Shown here: in pieces, positions 1 through 9,918 of the stretch
How positions within the stretch are numbered: the stretch's first letter is position 1
Layout of the letters: every line of letters starts with the position of its first letter
NCBI GenBank assembly: GCA_964583985.1
Contig: CAZOYD010000051.1
Coordinates: forward strand, 1-24,402
DNA length: 24,402 nt
Direction of reading: 5' to 3'
Source: an uncultured archaeon
Lineage (GTDB): Archaea; Asgardarchaeota; Lokiarchaeia; Sigyniarchaeales; SOKP01
Translations under genes and position numbers: made by a program
Notes under the pieces: generated by a model
The model's input: only the letters and a program-made list of their open reading frames with translations
The model's database searches: none
What the model was told of the DNA's origin: nothing

Positions 1-25
1 TATTAACCATATAAATTTTACTCAT
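1..25 (-). CDS. Possible 5' end of a gene running off the left edge (MSKIYMVN...)
   Basis: ATG at 25-23 on the minus strand, open to the window edge and divergent from the 281 gene across an AT-rich gap. Only 8 codons are visible. Confidence 0.3.
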
Positions 26-280
26 AGCTTAAAATTAAGAAAAAAAGGAAAATAAAATCTATAAGATATTATTCAAAATGAGCTAATTAAGAGGGCGAAA
101 TCCAAATTGTATATAGATTTTTTTTTCCAATTTTTTTCCAATCAAGATTTAATCAAATGAGAACTATAAAAACACCTCATGAAATCGGTTACATATTTTT
201 GCCCTTCTATGATTTTTTAAAATTAAGTAAGATTAGAACCTTTTTTCATAATAAATATATCATTTTCATTATTTTATCAA

Positions 281-1702
281 ATGATGGAAAATCAAAATCG
301 CTTGGATCTGAGTCTTTTTCATCCAAAACACATTGCCTTCATTGGAGCTTCGGAGAAGAGTGCTTTTGGATCGATGTTATATCTAACAGCATTTAAAGAG
401 TCTCAATGGGCCTCCACATTTTATCCAGTAAATCCAAAATATGAAAAATTGATGGATTGGAGATGTTATGCCTCTGTATTAGACATTCCTTTCCCGGTTG
501 ATACCGCTTACATCTCTGTTAAACCCAATATTATCCCAAACGTGCTAATTGAATGTGTAGAGAAAAAAATTCCGTGGGTAGTTATTTACTCATCTGGGTT
601 TTCTGAAACTGGAGATAAAGAAGGAATTAAATTAGAGACTCAATTAAAAGAGATCATCAAGGGTTCCAATACACGTATAATAGGGCCAAATTGTTTAGGA
701 CCATTTAATGGAGAAACTGGGATGGCATTCTCTTTTACCTCCCAGAATGTAATTCCTGGAGGGATATCCTTCATGTCACAATCTGGAGGGCACCTTACTC
801 AACTATTGGATGTTGGGGTCAAACGCGATTTGAGATATCGATATGGGATTTCGTTTGGAAATCAAGTTGATTTAAACGCTATTGATTTTTTAAAATTTTA
901 CCATAGAGATGATAAAACAAAACTTATTGCGGCTTATCTTGAGTCATTTGGATCTGGTCATGGCAATGATTTTTATTTAGAATTGAAAGAAACCACTAAA
1001 AGTAAGCCAGTAATAATTTGGAAAGGGGGATACACCAAAGATGGTTCACGTGCGGCATTTTCTCACACGGGAGCCATGGCAAGTGAAAATAAATTATGGA
1101 ATCTACTTGCTAAGCAAGCGGGAGCAGTAATGGTACGTAATGATCTCGAGTTTTGGAATGCAATTAAAACATTTGAATTATTAGTACCGCAACTTTTACC
1201 CAAAGGAAGAAATGTGGGGATAATCACCCCTGGAGGGGGTTCTTCCGTAAATGCTACAGACTTACTAGCGATAAATGGATTGAAAATACCGGAACTGACA
1301 TTAGAATCACAAAAAAAGATATCTGCAATTTTACCGAAAGAAAATGTCAATGTAAAGAATCCAATTGATCTGGGTGCTCTAGGGTTTGTTGTAGATATAT
1401 TCATTAAATGTATTGAAGTAGTAGCCAAGGATCCCGTTATCGATGTTTTATTAATCCCGTTATGGCCTCATTTTCTTTATAGTCATGTATTTTCCAAAAT
1501 GATCACGACTTTAAAAAAAAGTGGAAAACCTTTTGCGTTCAGTTTACCAAGTATATCAGATTCTTTAGATAGTGCAAAAAAATTTTCTAATGTTCAAAAA
1601 ATATTACATAAAGAAAGAATTTTATATTTTTTCTCGCTAAGCGATGCAGCGAGGAGTATTTCGTTGTTATGTGAATATTCTGAATACTTGCAATCACATT
1701 AA
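281..1702 (+). CDS. ADP-forming acyl/acetyl-CoA synthetase alpha-subunit-like protein (CoA-binding plus ligase domains)
   Basis: IAFIGAS, YPVNPK, SSGFSETG, RIIGPNCLG, SQSGG, SFGNQVDL, phospho-His motif SHTGAMA, NPIDL. No ATP-grasp (beta) domain. Confidence 0.9.
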   Translation: MMENQNRLDLSLFHPKHIAFIGASEKSAFGSMLYLTAFKESQWASTFYPVNPKYEKLMDWRCYASVLDIPFPVDTAYISVKPNIIPNVLIECVEKKIPWVVIYSSGFSETGDKEGIKLETQLKEIIKGSNTRIIGPNCLGPFNGETGMAFSFTSQNVIPGGISFMSQSGGHLTQLLDVGVKRDLRYRYGISFGNQVDLNAIDFLKFYHRDDKTKLIAAYLESFGSGHGNDFYLELKETTKSKPVIIWKGGYTKDGSRAAFSHTGAMASENKLWNLLAKQAGAVMVRNDLEFWNAIKTFELLVPQLLPKGRNVGIITPGGGSSVNATDLLAINGLKIPELTLESQKKISAILPKENVNVKNPIDLGALGFVVDIFIKCIEVVAKDPVIDVLLIPLWPHFLYSHVFSKMITTLKKSGKPFAFSLPSISDSLDSAKKFSNVQKILHKERILYFFSLSDAARSISLLCEYSEYLQSH

Positions 1703-2047
1703 TCAATTAATCTTCTTGATCACTTTTTTCAAATATTTCCTCATGAAATACCTTTCAAGCATGCAGTAATCAATTATTTGATTGTTACTTAACAATTTAT
1801 CTTTATTATTTGATAAAGAAAGATGTATTTCCATAATTTTATGAAGTATATCATATAGATCCTCATCAAGTGGTTGCAAGTTGATATATTTAAAATTCTG
1901 ATTAAATTGTTCAGAAATTAGCATGATCTGAGTTAAATTATCCCTTTTATTAAGCGGATCGTTAAATATTTTAACAGATGTGTTTTGATTAAGGAAAAAA
2001 TTTCCTCCTGATGAACCCTCAGTTATTTTAATTTTTCCAGAACTCAT
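1703..2047 (-). CDS. Hypothetical protein, 114 aa
   Basis: Fills the gap without overlap. ATG has GAGGA 8 nt upstream and the stop abuts the convergent gene. Confidence 0.6.
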   Translation of the reverse strand: MSSGKIKITEGSSGGNFFLNQNTSVKIFNDPLNKRDNLTQIMLISEQFNQNFKYINLQPLDEDLYDILHKIMEIHLSLSNNKDKLLSNNQIIDYCMLERYFMRKYLKKVIKKIN

Positions 2048-2394
2048 ATTGAGGATCCTCTTAGCAATAATTTTTGAATAAATTTGTCAAAATTGCCCCA
2101 AAACCAAATATAAATTCTTTTTTTGTCGGTATATAAAACTTTGTTAAACTGCTTTTTCAAGATACTGAGATCATAACGCTAATATTTCAATTTTACATAT
2201 ACTATTATTCTTTTTTTATAAAACTTCGTTTACGACACATATTAATTCGTTAATAATTCACGAAATAGTTAAAAACAAACAAGGAGCAGATAAAAATCAA
2301 TAAAATCCAATAATGAACACCTAAACAAGTGTTTTTATATACATCAACTTTTATAATAAATAAAAAAAAGAAAAGAGCTTACTCCACAAAATTT

Positions 2395-2913
2395 TTAATA
2401 CATTTCTGTTTTGGTGAAAAGTAAAGCGAAAGCACCATAAAAGACACCATTCGTCAACCCACCAATAGAAGCAACCACAATCGTAGTCATATCCGCAGGT
2501 AACATATAAGCTACTAAAGTTGTAGGACTTAACCATAATAACATAATAATTGCTGCAGCACTTAGGATTGTGGTCAGTAAAAAGCCTCCAAAGCTCGCTC
2601 CTTTTTTCTCACCTACCCTTCCAGCCACAATTGCCGCAATAAAAGGCGAAACAATGTAACCAATGTATTCAATTAAGACATCAAGTCTTAATGAACCAGT
2701 TATTTCAACAAATAATCCATTGAGAACAATTCCGGGAGTGTTGGTAATTGGACCAAACAAGATTAGAATTATAACAAAGGGATCAGCAGATATAACACTG
2801 AATGTATGGTTCAAATCGCCACTTATTGTATTAGCAATAATTAAGAAAAGGAAATTAAGACCAACGTATGTGAGTAAACTAAAGCCAAATGATTTTCCGA
2901 AACCCATTTTCAC
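2395..2913 (-). CDS. Hypothetical integral membrane protein (about 4-5 TM helices)
   Basis: Several Gly/Ala-rich hydrophobic segments. GTG start, or ATG two codons later. Confidence 0.8.
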   Translation of the reverse strand: MKMGFGKSFGFSLLTYVGLNFLFLIIANTISGDLNHTFSVISADPFVIILILFGPITNTPGIVLNGLFVEITGSLRLDVLIEYIGYIVSPFIAAIVAGRVGEKKGASFGGFLLTTILSAAAIIMLLWLSPTTLVAYMLPADMTTIVVASIGGLTNGVFYGAFALLFTKTEMY

Positions 2914-3072
2914 TATCTCATTATATTTTGGTAATTATGTAATCATAATCATACATAAGCTATATAAATTTATATTAGACCAATATTGATCTGTTTTAAA
3001 ATTGGAGATAAGTAGCAGAAAAAAAATAAATTGAGATTTAAATAATATACAACTACTAATATTGATTAACTC

Positions 3073-4107
3073 ATGAGTGAGATCAAAAAATTCGGGTTGG
3101 GAAAATTAAAACTTGAGTTTCTAAATGAAATAATAAGTACCTATATCACTGATCTTGAATTCAATGATGAACGAGTTATCGTAGGTTCTAAGGTTGGAGA
3201 AGATGCAGCGGTTATTGATATGGGTGAGAATTATTTAGTTGCTAAGACTGATCCCATAACTTTTGCTACTGATGAAATTGGCTTCTATGCAGTCCATGTC
3301 AATGTTAATGATGTAGTCTGTACTGGAGCAACACCTAAATGGTTTCAGTCTTCAATTCTCTTACCTGAAAACAAAACTTCTCCTGAGTTAGTAAGATCTA
3401 TATTCAAGGATATTCATGATACATGTCATAACTTAAATATCACGGTCATTGGAGGGCATACAGAAGTAACTTCAGGGCTTGATCGCCCTATTATAATAGG
3501 TTCATTATTAGGTGAAGTAAGTAAAGAAAAATTGGTCAAATCATCTGGTATAAGTGAAGGAGATGCATTAATTTTGACAAAAGGAGTATTTATAGAAGGA
3601 ACTTCAATAATTGGAAGAGAAAAAGGATCTTTTTTAAGACAAAAAGGATATAACGATGTTTTTATTGAAAAATGTAAGAAATATCTCCACAATCCTGGCA
3701 TAAGTATTATGAAAGAAGCGCTTTTAGCAAACAGTAAATTTAAGATTCACGCAATGCACGACCCAACAGAAGGAGGTTTAACTACAGGCATTGCAGAACT
3801 AGCGATCGCTTCGAATTTGGGAGTATTGATTGATGAACAAAAGATTAACATATTACCCGAATCTAAAATATTAAGTAAAATCTTTAACTTGGAACCTCTC
3901 GGCACAATATCTTCTGGATCACTACTAATTGCAATAGATAAACCAAATTCTGCTGAATTAGTTGAACTATTAAGAAGTGAAAATATTGATGCTCAGATAA
4001 TTGGTCAATTTGTTAAAAAAGAAAAGGGAATGAGAATGAAGAGGTTAAATGGTAAACTAGATTCAATGCACTATTCCGAATTCGATGAAATATTGAAAAT
4101 TTTTTAA
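3073..4107 (+). CDS. AIR synthase (PurM/ThiL/HypE superfamily) related protein
   Basis: GEDAAVI, KTDPIT, NVNDV, GGHTEVT, MHDPTEGGL motifs. Lacks the C-terminal PRIC/Cys of true HypE. Confidence 0.88.
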   Translation: MSEIKKFGLGKLKLEFLNEIISTYITDLEFNDERVIVGSKVGEDAAVIDMGENYLVAKTDPITFATDEIGFYAVHVNVNDVVCTGATPKWFQSSILLPENKTSPELVRSIFKDIHDTCHNLNITVIGGHTEVTSGLDRPIIIGSLLGEVSKEKLVKSSGISEGDALILTKGVFIEGTSIIGREKGSFLRQKGYNDVFIEKCKKYLHNPGISIMKEALLANSKFKIHAMHDPTEGGLTTGIAELAIASNLGVLIDEQKINILPESKILSKIFNLEPLGTISSGSLLIAIDKPNSAELVELLRSENIDAQIIGQFVKKEKGMRMKRLNGKLDSMHYSEFDEILKIF

Positions 4108-4230
4108 TATTAGTATGATCGCATTTTGATAAACCAATATTTTTATTTCTGAAATATAATTTAATATTATACAATATTAGGGTTAATACAATCAGATTAC
4201 ATTTTTAATTAAATTATTCTATGATCCAAA

Positions 4231-6156
4231 GTGTCGAGCAAAGGACTCAATGAAATACTTGAAACAATGGGGGACAGAATGAAGGGAGAAGGGGTTTCCC
4301 TAAAATTAAATTCCAGCTCGTTCTTTAACATTTTAATAGGCAATGATCATGAATTAGAAATGTTCAAAACCGATATCCAATTGAAATGGGACGAATTTAA
4401 TCGTCAAAATAAAACCAAAGTCATCCAAAAGAGTTGGACAACTTTTTTTTATTTATATTTTGCTGATTTTTTTCAAGATTTCCTTGAAAAATTTTGTGGA
4501 TTTGATCGCAAGTCATTAACACTCGTCATCAAGGAAAAATTATCAGAAGATAATCTTTTCTTGGAATATAACTATAAAATGTCGAGTGAGGAAGCAAGAA
4601 ATTTCAAGAATTTTGGTCGGAATTATGGAAAAATAATTAATGGAATAACAACGCCCACAGGATATCTCTATATAGTGGTTTCCATTCTCGGAGTAATCTT
4701 GAGGAAACTTCTTAAGCAACCTTTTTATGTGATATTGGATGGAGCTGTCATACGAGAGGAAGAAGGTAATAATGTCCTAAATTTCTTAATTGTCATCAAG
4801 AACAGCAAAGATAATCTTTTTGAATATTATTATAAAATGTTTTTGTATTACTTTTTAAGACATTTCAAGGGGATCCCTGAAGAGTATTATGGAAAATTAT
4901 TATCAGGCAGAGATAAATTATACAGATTAGCAATTGAGAACTATCCCCTTGCCAAAGAGAAGTTAGTAGACCTGCTTTACTATTTCTATAAAAAATGTAA
5001 CTTACTCCATAATTTCTCCCCGTTATTAGATTTCATCAATTTCGTGTGTTCTCGTGTGGAAGATTCTGTTTACTCTAAAATAGATGTGATTAAAGATGAA
5101 TTTCTTGTCAATTTTAACTATTCTGATGGAAAAAAAGATTCTATAATAAAAATATTTGAATTCTTGGACCAGAAATCCACATTATATTCTACCTTCCAAT
5201 CTAATAATCTTCCCAGTGCGAAAAGTCAATTTAATTTATTCCTACTTTACATGAAGGTTTATTTTGGTAGTGGTAATATGAATGCATTTGGAGAAGGAGG
5301 AATGCTTTTATTACCAGAAAAGTTCAAATTAGTACTAAACCATTATAACGATCACCATGAGAATAAAATTGATGAAGCAGCTTTTATGAGAGTCCAGAAA
5401 TTCATTGAAAATGCTTCAATTCTTTCAAGTATTAATGATGTTGATCTTTTTTTTGAGAAAATATTTAATACGCATCTAACAGGTATAAACTATGCTTTTT
5501 TTAAAACTTTTTTACACAGCCTAAATTCAAAATTAGCTAAGCTGATTGAAAGTGAGAATAAGGTTATAAGTGAGAAGTATAATGATGAACCTTTCACGTT
5601 TAAAGATATTGTTGATCATGTATGTCGAATGCTGTATACTTTGATCGATCAAATTTTTATAAGAACTTCTCCTAATCAAGCAAGTAAAAACTTCATTGAT
5701 CCACGTAGTCGTTACATTGGGAAAAATATTGCGTTACGTGTGCTAGAATTGTTCATTTTCCAAGATCTCAACGTTTCTGATGATGTGTGGCCAGATTATG
5801 TCATCAGCATGAATAAAGATGAATTAAAAGGAGATATGAAATCATTTGGAGTGGATATTCCAGAGAGATACTTCTATAATGTGGAAGATATTATTAGATT
5901 TGTTGTTACCTATAATTTTGAAACATATTCTGATAAAATCCTACTTGAGGAATGGTTTGTCAATGAAATCATTGCTCCTCTAAACGAATTTATCTTAATG
6001 ATTCAAAATTCTGTTAAAGATATGAAAAATAAGGAAGCAATTTTTAAATCTCTAAATGACTTCTTTCTGATAGATATTCCCGCTGAAGATGTAACAAGAA
6101 TAGAGGATTTTAAATTTGCTTGTAATCAATTGATCCCAATCTGGCGTGAAAAGTGA
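4231..6156 (+). CDS. Large hypothetical protein, 641 aa, Phe/Tyr-rich and probably mostly helical
   Basis: Long uninterrupted ORF with a GTG start. No motif recognised. Confidence 0.85.
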   Translation: MSSKGLNEILETMGDRMKGEGVSLKLNSSSFFNILIGNDHELEMFKTDIQLKWDEFNRQNKTKVIQKSWTTFFYLYFADFFQDFLEKFCGFDRKSLTLVIKEKLSEDNLFLEYNYKMSSEEARNFKNFGRNYGKIINGITTPTGYLYIVVSILGVILRKLLKQPFYVILDGAVIREEEGNNVLNFLIVIKNSKDNLFEYYYKMFLYYFLRHFKGIPEEYYGKLLSGRDKLYRLAIENYPLAKEKLVDLLYYFYKKCNLLHNFSPLLDFINFVCSRVEDSVYSKIDVIKDEFLVNFNYSDGKKDSIIKIFEFLDQKSTLYSTFQSNNLPSAKSQFNLFLLYMKVYFGSGNMNAFGEGGMLLLPEKFKLVLNHYNDHHENKIDEAAFMRVQKFIENASILSSINDVDLFFEKIFNTHLTGINYAFFKTFLHSLNSKLAKLIESENKVISEKYNDEPFTFKDIVDHVCRMLYTLIDQIFIRTSPNQASKNFIDPRSRYIGKNIALRVLELFIFQDLNVSDDVWPDYVISMNKDELKGDMKSFGVDIPERYFYNVEDIIRFVVTYNFETYSDKILLEEWFVNEIIAPLNEFILMIQNSVKDMKNKEAIFKSLNDFFLIDIPAEDVTRIEDFKFACNQLIPIWREK

Positions 6157-6159
6157 ATA

Positions 6160-6684
6160 TCAAGGTAAGTCAAATATTTTTGTAAAATCCTCGAACTTTT
6201 TATCGATATCAATAATTGGAATTCCTGAATAGTTATCTATCTGTTTATTTAGGACCGTAATCCGTCCTGAAATCATCCTGACATTTTGGGATAATTGTGC
6301 TTGAATATCCTTTGTCTCTTTAACACATAGAATGGAAGGATAAGGTAAATATCTGAAACCCTCGATAAATAGAAGATCTAACTCAAAAGGTCCTTCTATA
6401 ATCCAATTTATAAAAGCTACATCATTCATCTCTCTTTTAAAAAAAAAGGCTATGTTATTGAATTTATTTCTGATGATTGATAAATCAGCCCCAGCTTTAA
6501 CATAACGTTGTGAATCTTTACCATCAGAGTCTACCGGATGATTATGAACATTTTTAATTACTCCTATATCTAAGGGGAACTTAGATTTCAATTTTTCTAT
6601 TGCATTTTCGATAAAATACGTTTTTCCGCTCCCAGAATATCCAAAAAAGCTAATTACTTTCAAATTATTCACGCTTATTTGCAA
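6160..6684 (-). CDS. mobB: Molybdopterin-guanine dinucleotide biosynthesis protein B
   Basis: P-loop GYSGSGKT, VIKNVHNH, DSDGKDS..YVKAGA, LLFIEGFR. Confidence 0.88.
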   Translation of the reverse strand: MQISVNNLKVISFFGYSGSGKTYFIENAIEKLKSKFPLDIGVIKNVHNHPVDSDGKDSQRYVKAGADLSIIRNKFNNIAFFFKREMNDVAFINWIIEGPFELDLLFIEGFRYLPYPSILCVKETKDIQAQLSQNVRMISGRITVLNKQIDNYSGIPIIDIDKKFEDFTKIFDLP

Positions 6685-6796
6685 TAAATTCTTGAATAAA
6701 AGACGCTTTTTTTAATGCTAAAATAATATATACATTACAATTAATTATTTAGATATAGGATTTATTAATACTAAAAATATAGGTAATTCGCATATC

Positions 6797-8767
6797 ATGC
6801 CAAAAGAAATCATCGTGTTCGATGCTAATTTTTTTATTTGCATGCTTTCCATACGCGCTAAAGATGTCTTAAAGAACTTGGAAATAGCCGGAAAAGACTT
6901 GAATTTGGATTATTACATATCTGATATAGTCTTTAGTGAAGTAAAAGGTCCTCATACGTATAGGGATCGATTAGCTCAATTTGTGAATGTTGAAAACGTT
7001 ACAGATTCCGAAATAACAATCGTTAAGAATAAGTTGAGTCAATTTAATGTAAAATTTCCCGCTCAGGATCCTGATCTTTCTTTACTGGTATTAAGTGAAA
7101 AGTTAATGGATGAAAATCAAGGTATAACAACCCATTTGGTTACTGATGATTTCAAATTGGCGAAAAATGCTTCTCTCTTGTTCAGAAACAAATTGAATAT
7201 CCTTTCCCTTTCAAGTTTTTTATTGAAAGTCCAAAGAACCATACCTAATAAGCTATTAAGAGCCTATTTTAAAAATATTTGGAAGAAAAGCTTGAATTAT
7301 ACGTTATCTTACATGATAGAACGTTCTAAAGTGTATCCCGCTGAACAAAAGATTCAATGGTTAATTGAAAGAGCAGTATCCGTTACAGAGGATTCTATAC
7401 TCGCTAAAGATGAGGCTGTTAAATTTAAGATAGGTAGATCAAAATACATTGAAGAAATTGAAATAGCGGAGCAATACATTGAAAATCAAAATTTAACAAC
7501 CAGTAAAGAGGAAATGGTAACAAGTATCATGTATTTCCTTGAAAATTTGAAAATATCTCGGGAATACGTAAATAAGGCACGTGAAGCAATAATTAAAAAT
7601 GAAAGTAAAGATGCTGTTTCATATTTGAAGAAAGGTAATGGATTTTTAGTATCTCTTCTACAAATGGCGGCAGGCAAATTAACTACCGTGAAGGATTACG
7701 ATATAGTCCAGCAATTAATCTGTTCTGAAATTTCAAAAATGGAGTTTTTACGGGCATTCTTATTGGTTACTCTTGGTCGCATTAACAATGCAATTGATTC
7801 TCTTGAGAGAGCAGCTTTATTTTCTACCATTATTCAAAATTTTCACACGTGTTTGACTTTAAATTATCTAAAAGCGTTAATCTTACTATTCCACGGGCTC
7901 TATAAAGAGGCCATTCTTCAATATAACTTTACCGAAGAATTATCGGATATCTATGAAGATGAGAAATTAAAATTAAAGTGTGCGATTGGCAAGGCTATAG
8001 CAATATATATTCAAGGTGAAGACAGAGAAACTGCAATGGGGATAATGGATGAAATAGCTAACATGGACTTGGAGAAAAATTTTTTAGATGCCATAATTGT
8101 ATTCAGTGAGCTTGGAGATTATTTCTTAGCATTGGGACATTCTCAAATTGCCGCTAATTTATATAATGAAGCCCTTGAGATAAGTATTGATTATAAAATG
8201 AAAGTCAGGAGTGATATGTTGATTGAAAAATTAAAAAGGGCTTATATTGCCACTGTTTTGAATGGTTATAGTGCAGAAGACATTATGGTTGATAAACTTG
8301 ATGTATTACTCGACAAGGCTTATTCCGTAAAGGACGTGGAGAAGTACAACGAGCAAATCAAAAAGATCTCTAGTTTCAACATTCTATTTTATACTCCTTT
8401 TCCATATATCACTGGCAAGAAGAAACTCATATCTTTTCTAAATTTACCCAAGGAGCTACAAGATGATTATCTGGAAGTAGTACACTTTGAAAAAGTAAAA
8501 AATGAAGGAAGGAATCAATATCTATTCATAGTGTCTCATTATGAATTAGGATTATTAGGGGTCTTATTAAAAACAAACGAAAATATTATCGGAATAGCCG
8601 AGAATTATAGCCTCAAATTAAAACCGACATCAAAGGTGAAGATCTATAACCCGTCAGAAAAATTAAAAGACACCTTTTTAATTCGTGCTATGATTGAACC
8701 GACGCAAATCGATCAATGCGAGATAATTTATTCACTGCCTTCTTTCTTTAAAACGCTCAATTTGTGA
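6797..8767 (+). CDS. PIN-domain protein with TPR-like repeats and an unassigned C-terminal domain
   Basis: N-terminal PIN acidic tetrad (VFDANFF, SEV, DPDLSL, LVTDD). TPR-like repeats such as ELGDYFLALGHSQIAANLYNEALEI. Confidence 0.8.
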   Translation: MPKEIIVFDANFFICMLSIRAKDVLKNLEIAGKDLNLDYYISDIVFSEVKGPHTYRDRLAQFVNVENVTDSEITIVKNKLSQFNVKFPAQDPDLSLLVLSEKLMDENQGITTHLVTDDFKLAKNASLLFRNKLNILSLSSFLLKVQRTIPNKLLRAYFKNIWKKSLNYTLSYMIERSKVYPAEQKIQWLIERAVSVTEDSILAKDEAVKFKIGRSKYIEEIEIAEQYIENQNLTTSKEEMVTSIMYFLENLKISREYVNKAREAIIKNESKDAVSYLKKGNGFLVSLLQMAAGKLTTVKDYDIVQQLICSEISKMEFLRAFLLVTLGRINNAIDSLERAALFSTIIQNFHTCLTLNYLKALILLFHGLYKEAILQYNFTEELSDIYEDEKLKLKCAIGKAIAIYIQGEDRETAMGIMDEIANMDLEKNFLDAIIVFSELGDYFLALGHSQIAANLYNEALEISIDYKMKVRSDMLIEKLKRAYIATVLNGYSAEDIMVDKLDVLLDKAYSVKDVEKYNEQIKKISSFNILFYTPFPYITGKKKLISFLNLPKELQDDYLEVVHFEKVKNEGRNQYLFIVSHYELGLLGVLLKTNENIIGIAENYSLKLKPTSKVKIYNPSEKLKDTFLIRAMIEPTQIDQCEIIYSLPSFFKTLNL

Positions 8768-8768
8768 A

Positions 8769-9041
8769 TCATTCTTTCCTTAAACTCTTATCTCTTTGAC
8801 TGATTTGATGACCGTGCACAGCACAGGATATGCAGTAATACTTCTTTTTGGTAGGGCTTTGAATAATCGTTCCTGTCTTTTTTAGTTCGGTAAACATTCG
8901 GCCATCAACTAACGAGACTCTTCTGGTCACCGCTTTGGCTTTACTTCTTGGCACAAATCTCCCACACTTAGAACATTGAACTTGGCTGTAATGTCCCTTA
9001 CTGGAACCACTCTTACCGGAACTCTTTCTTTTCTTTGGCAG
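8769..9041 (-). CDS. rps26e: Ribosomal protein eS26 (S26e), 90 aa, CTG start
   Basis: The frame of the 8769-8954 ORF continues upstream as (CTG)PKKRKSSGKSGSSKGHYSQVQCSKCGRFVPRSKAK...YYCISCAVH, giving both Zn CxxC pairs and the typical PKKR start. In-frame TAA lies directly before the CTG. Confidence 0.93.
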   Translation of the reverse strand: MPKKRKSSGKSGSSKGHYSQVQCSKCGRFVPRSKAKAVTRRVSLVDGRMFTELKKTGTIIQSPTKKKYYCISCAVHGHQISQRDKSLRKE

Positions 9042-9182
9042 TTATATCAGCTTTTAATATATTAATATTTAATGCTAAATACCTAAATAAAGCAAAATTT
9101 AAAAAATTTATTCTTTCGGCTAAAAATTCTGAGATTTTAAAGAAATTAACTTGATTTGTTAATTGTCTTCACGAATCTCTTT

Positions 9183-9854
9183 TCAATTATCATTCTTGCT
9201 AAAGAATTTATAGGAAAAAACAAAACGTTGAATGATAGTATAGAGACATAGTGCCATAAACACCAAAATGACGATTTGACTAAATAATGAACTTGGCGTG
9301 CCATAAAAAAGATCTGTCAGGAAGTATACCCAAACTTCTGCTACAAAGAAGATCAATAGAAAAATTACTCGTTCTGCTCTTTCCATCATGCCAACACCAC
9401 TCATTTCAAGACCGAGGCTTTCTGCTTTTGCTCTAATGTAAGAAATCATGATAACGAGGAATATTAGAATATATCCCTCAATATAACTTATCAAATTACC
9501 GAATATCATGCCAAAAATTATTGTAACATCAGAAAGACGATCCAAGTTGGAATCCAAGAACGCTCCTGCTTTTGAATTTTGATTAGTTCTTCTTGCTACT
9601 TCACCGTCAAAAACATCGAATGCACCTGTCCAAAAAAATATAAATGGTCCAATCCACCCTAACCAAAATGAAAAGTGTAAACCTCCAAGCCCTATAAATA
9701 TAGCTGCAAGAAGAGAACATAAATATCCAAAAAATGAGAGTAAGTTGGGAGAAACATTGTGTTTGATTAGAAATTTAACGGGATCATCAATGAATTTATA
9801 TAAAATTTTTCTTTGAACATCTTGTTTATTATGAGTTTTTTCTACTTCATTCAA
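9183..9854 (-). CDS. CDP-alcohol phosphatidyltransferase (archaetidylinositol-phosphate synthase-like)
   Basis: SPNLLS and the signature DVFDGEVARRTNQNSKAGAFLDSNLDRLSD, plus SYIRAKAE and MERAER. Confidence 0.9.
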   Translation of the reverse strand: MNEVEKTHNKQDVQRKILYKFIDDPVKFLIKHNVSPNLLSFFGYLCSLLAAIFIGLGGLHFSFWLGWIGPFIFFWTGAFDVFDGEVARRTNQNSKAGAFLDSNLDRLSDVTIIFGMIFGNLISYIEGYILIFLVIMISYIRAKAESLGLEMSGVGMMERAERVIFLLIFFVAEVWVYFLTDLFYGTPSSLFSQIVILVFMALCLYTIIQRFVFSYKFFSKNDN

Positions 9855-9918
9855 TTTGCCATCCGTATCTCCTTTATTCAGTGTGATAATTTAAACATTC
9901 TGTAAGATATAAAATTTT

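Noticed and set aside
118-142. Tandem TTTTTTCCAA repeat
   Set aside because: Only two low-complexity copies. Not CRISPR-like or otherwise informative.
3073-4107. HypE or selenophosphate synthetase SelD
   Set aside because: No C-terminal PRIC Cys and no N-terminal Cys/Sec-x-x-Lys motif.
8769-8954. Truncated or frameshifted eS26 pseudogene
   Set aside because: The frame is continuous to the CTG at 9041 with all conserved motifs.
9851-9875. SD-led mini-ORF ATG GCA AAT TGA overlapping the TTG start of the CDP-alcohol transferase
   Set aside because: Three codons is too short to distinguish from chance or a single-base assembly error.
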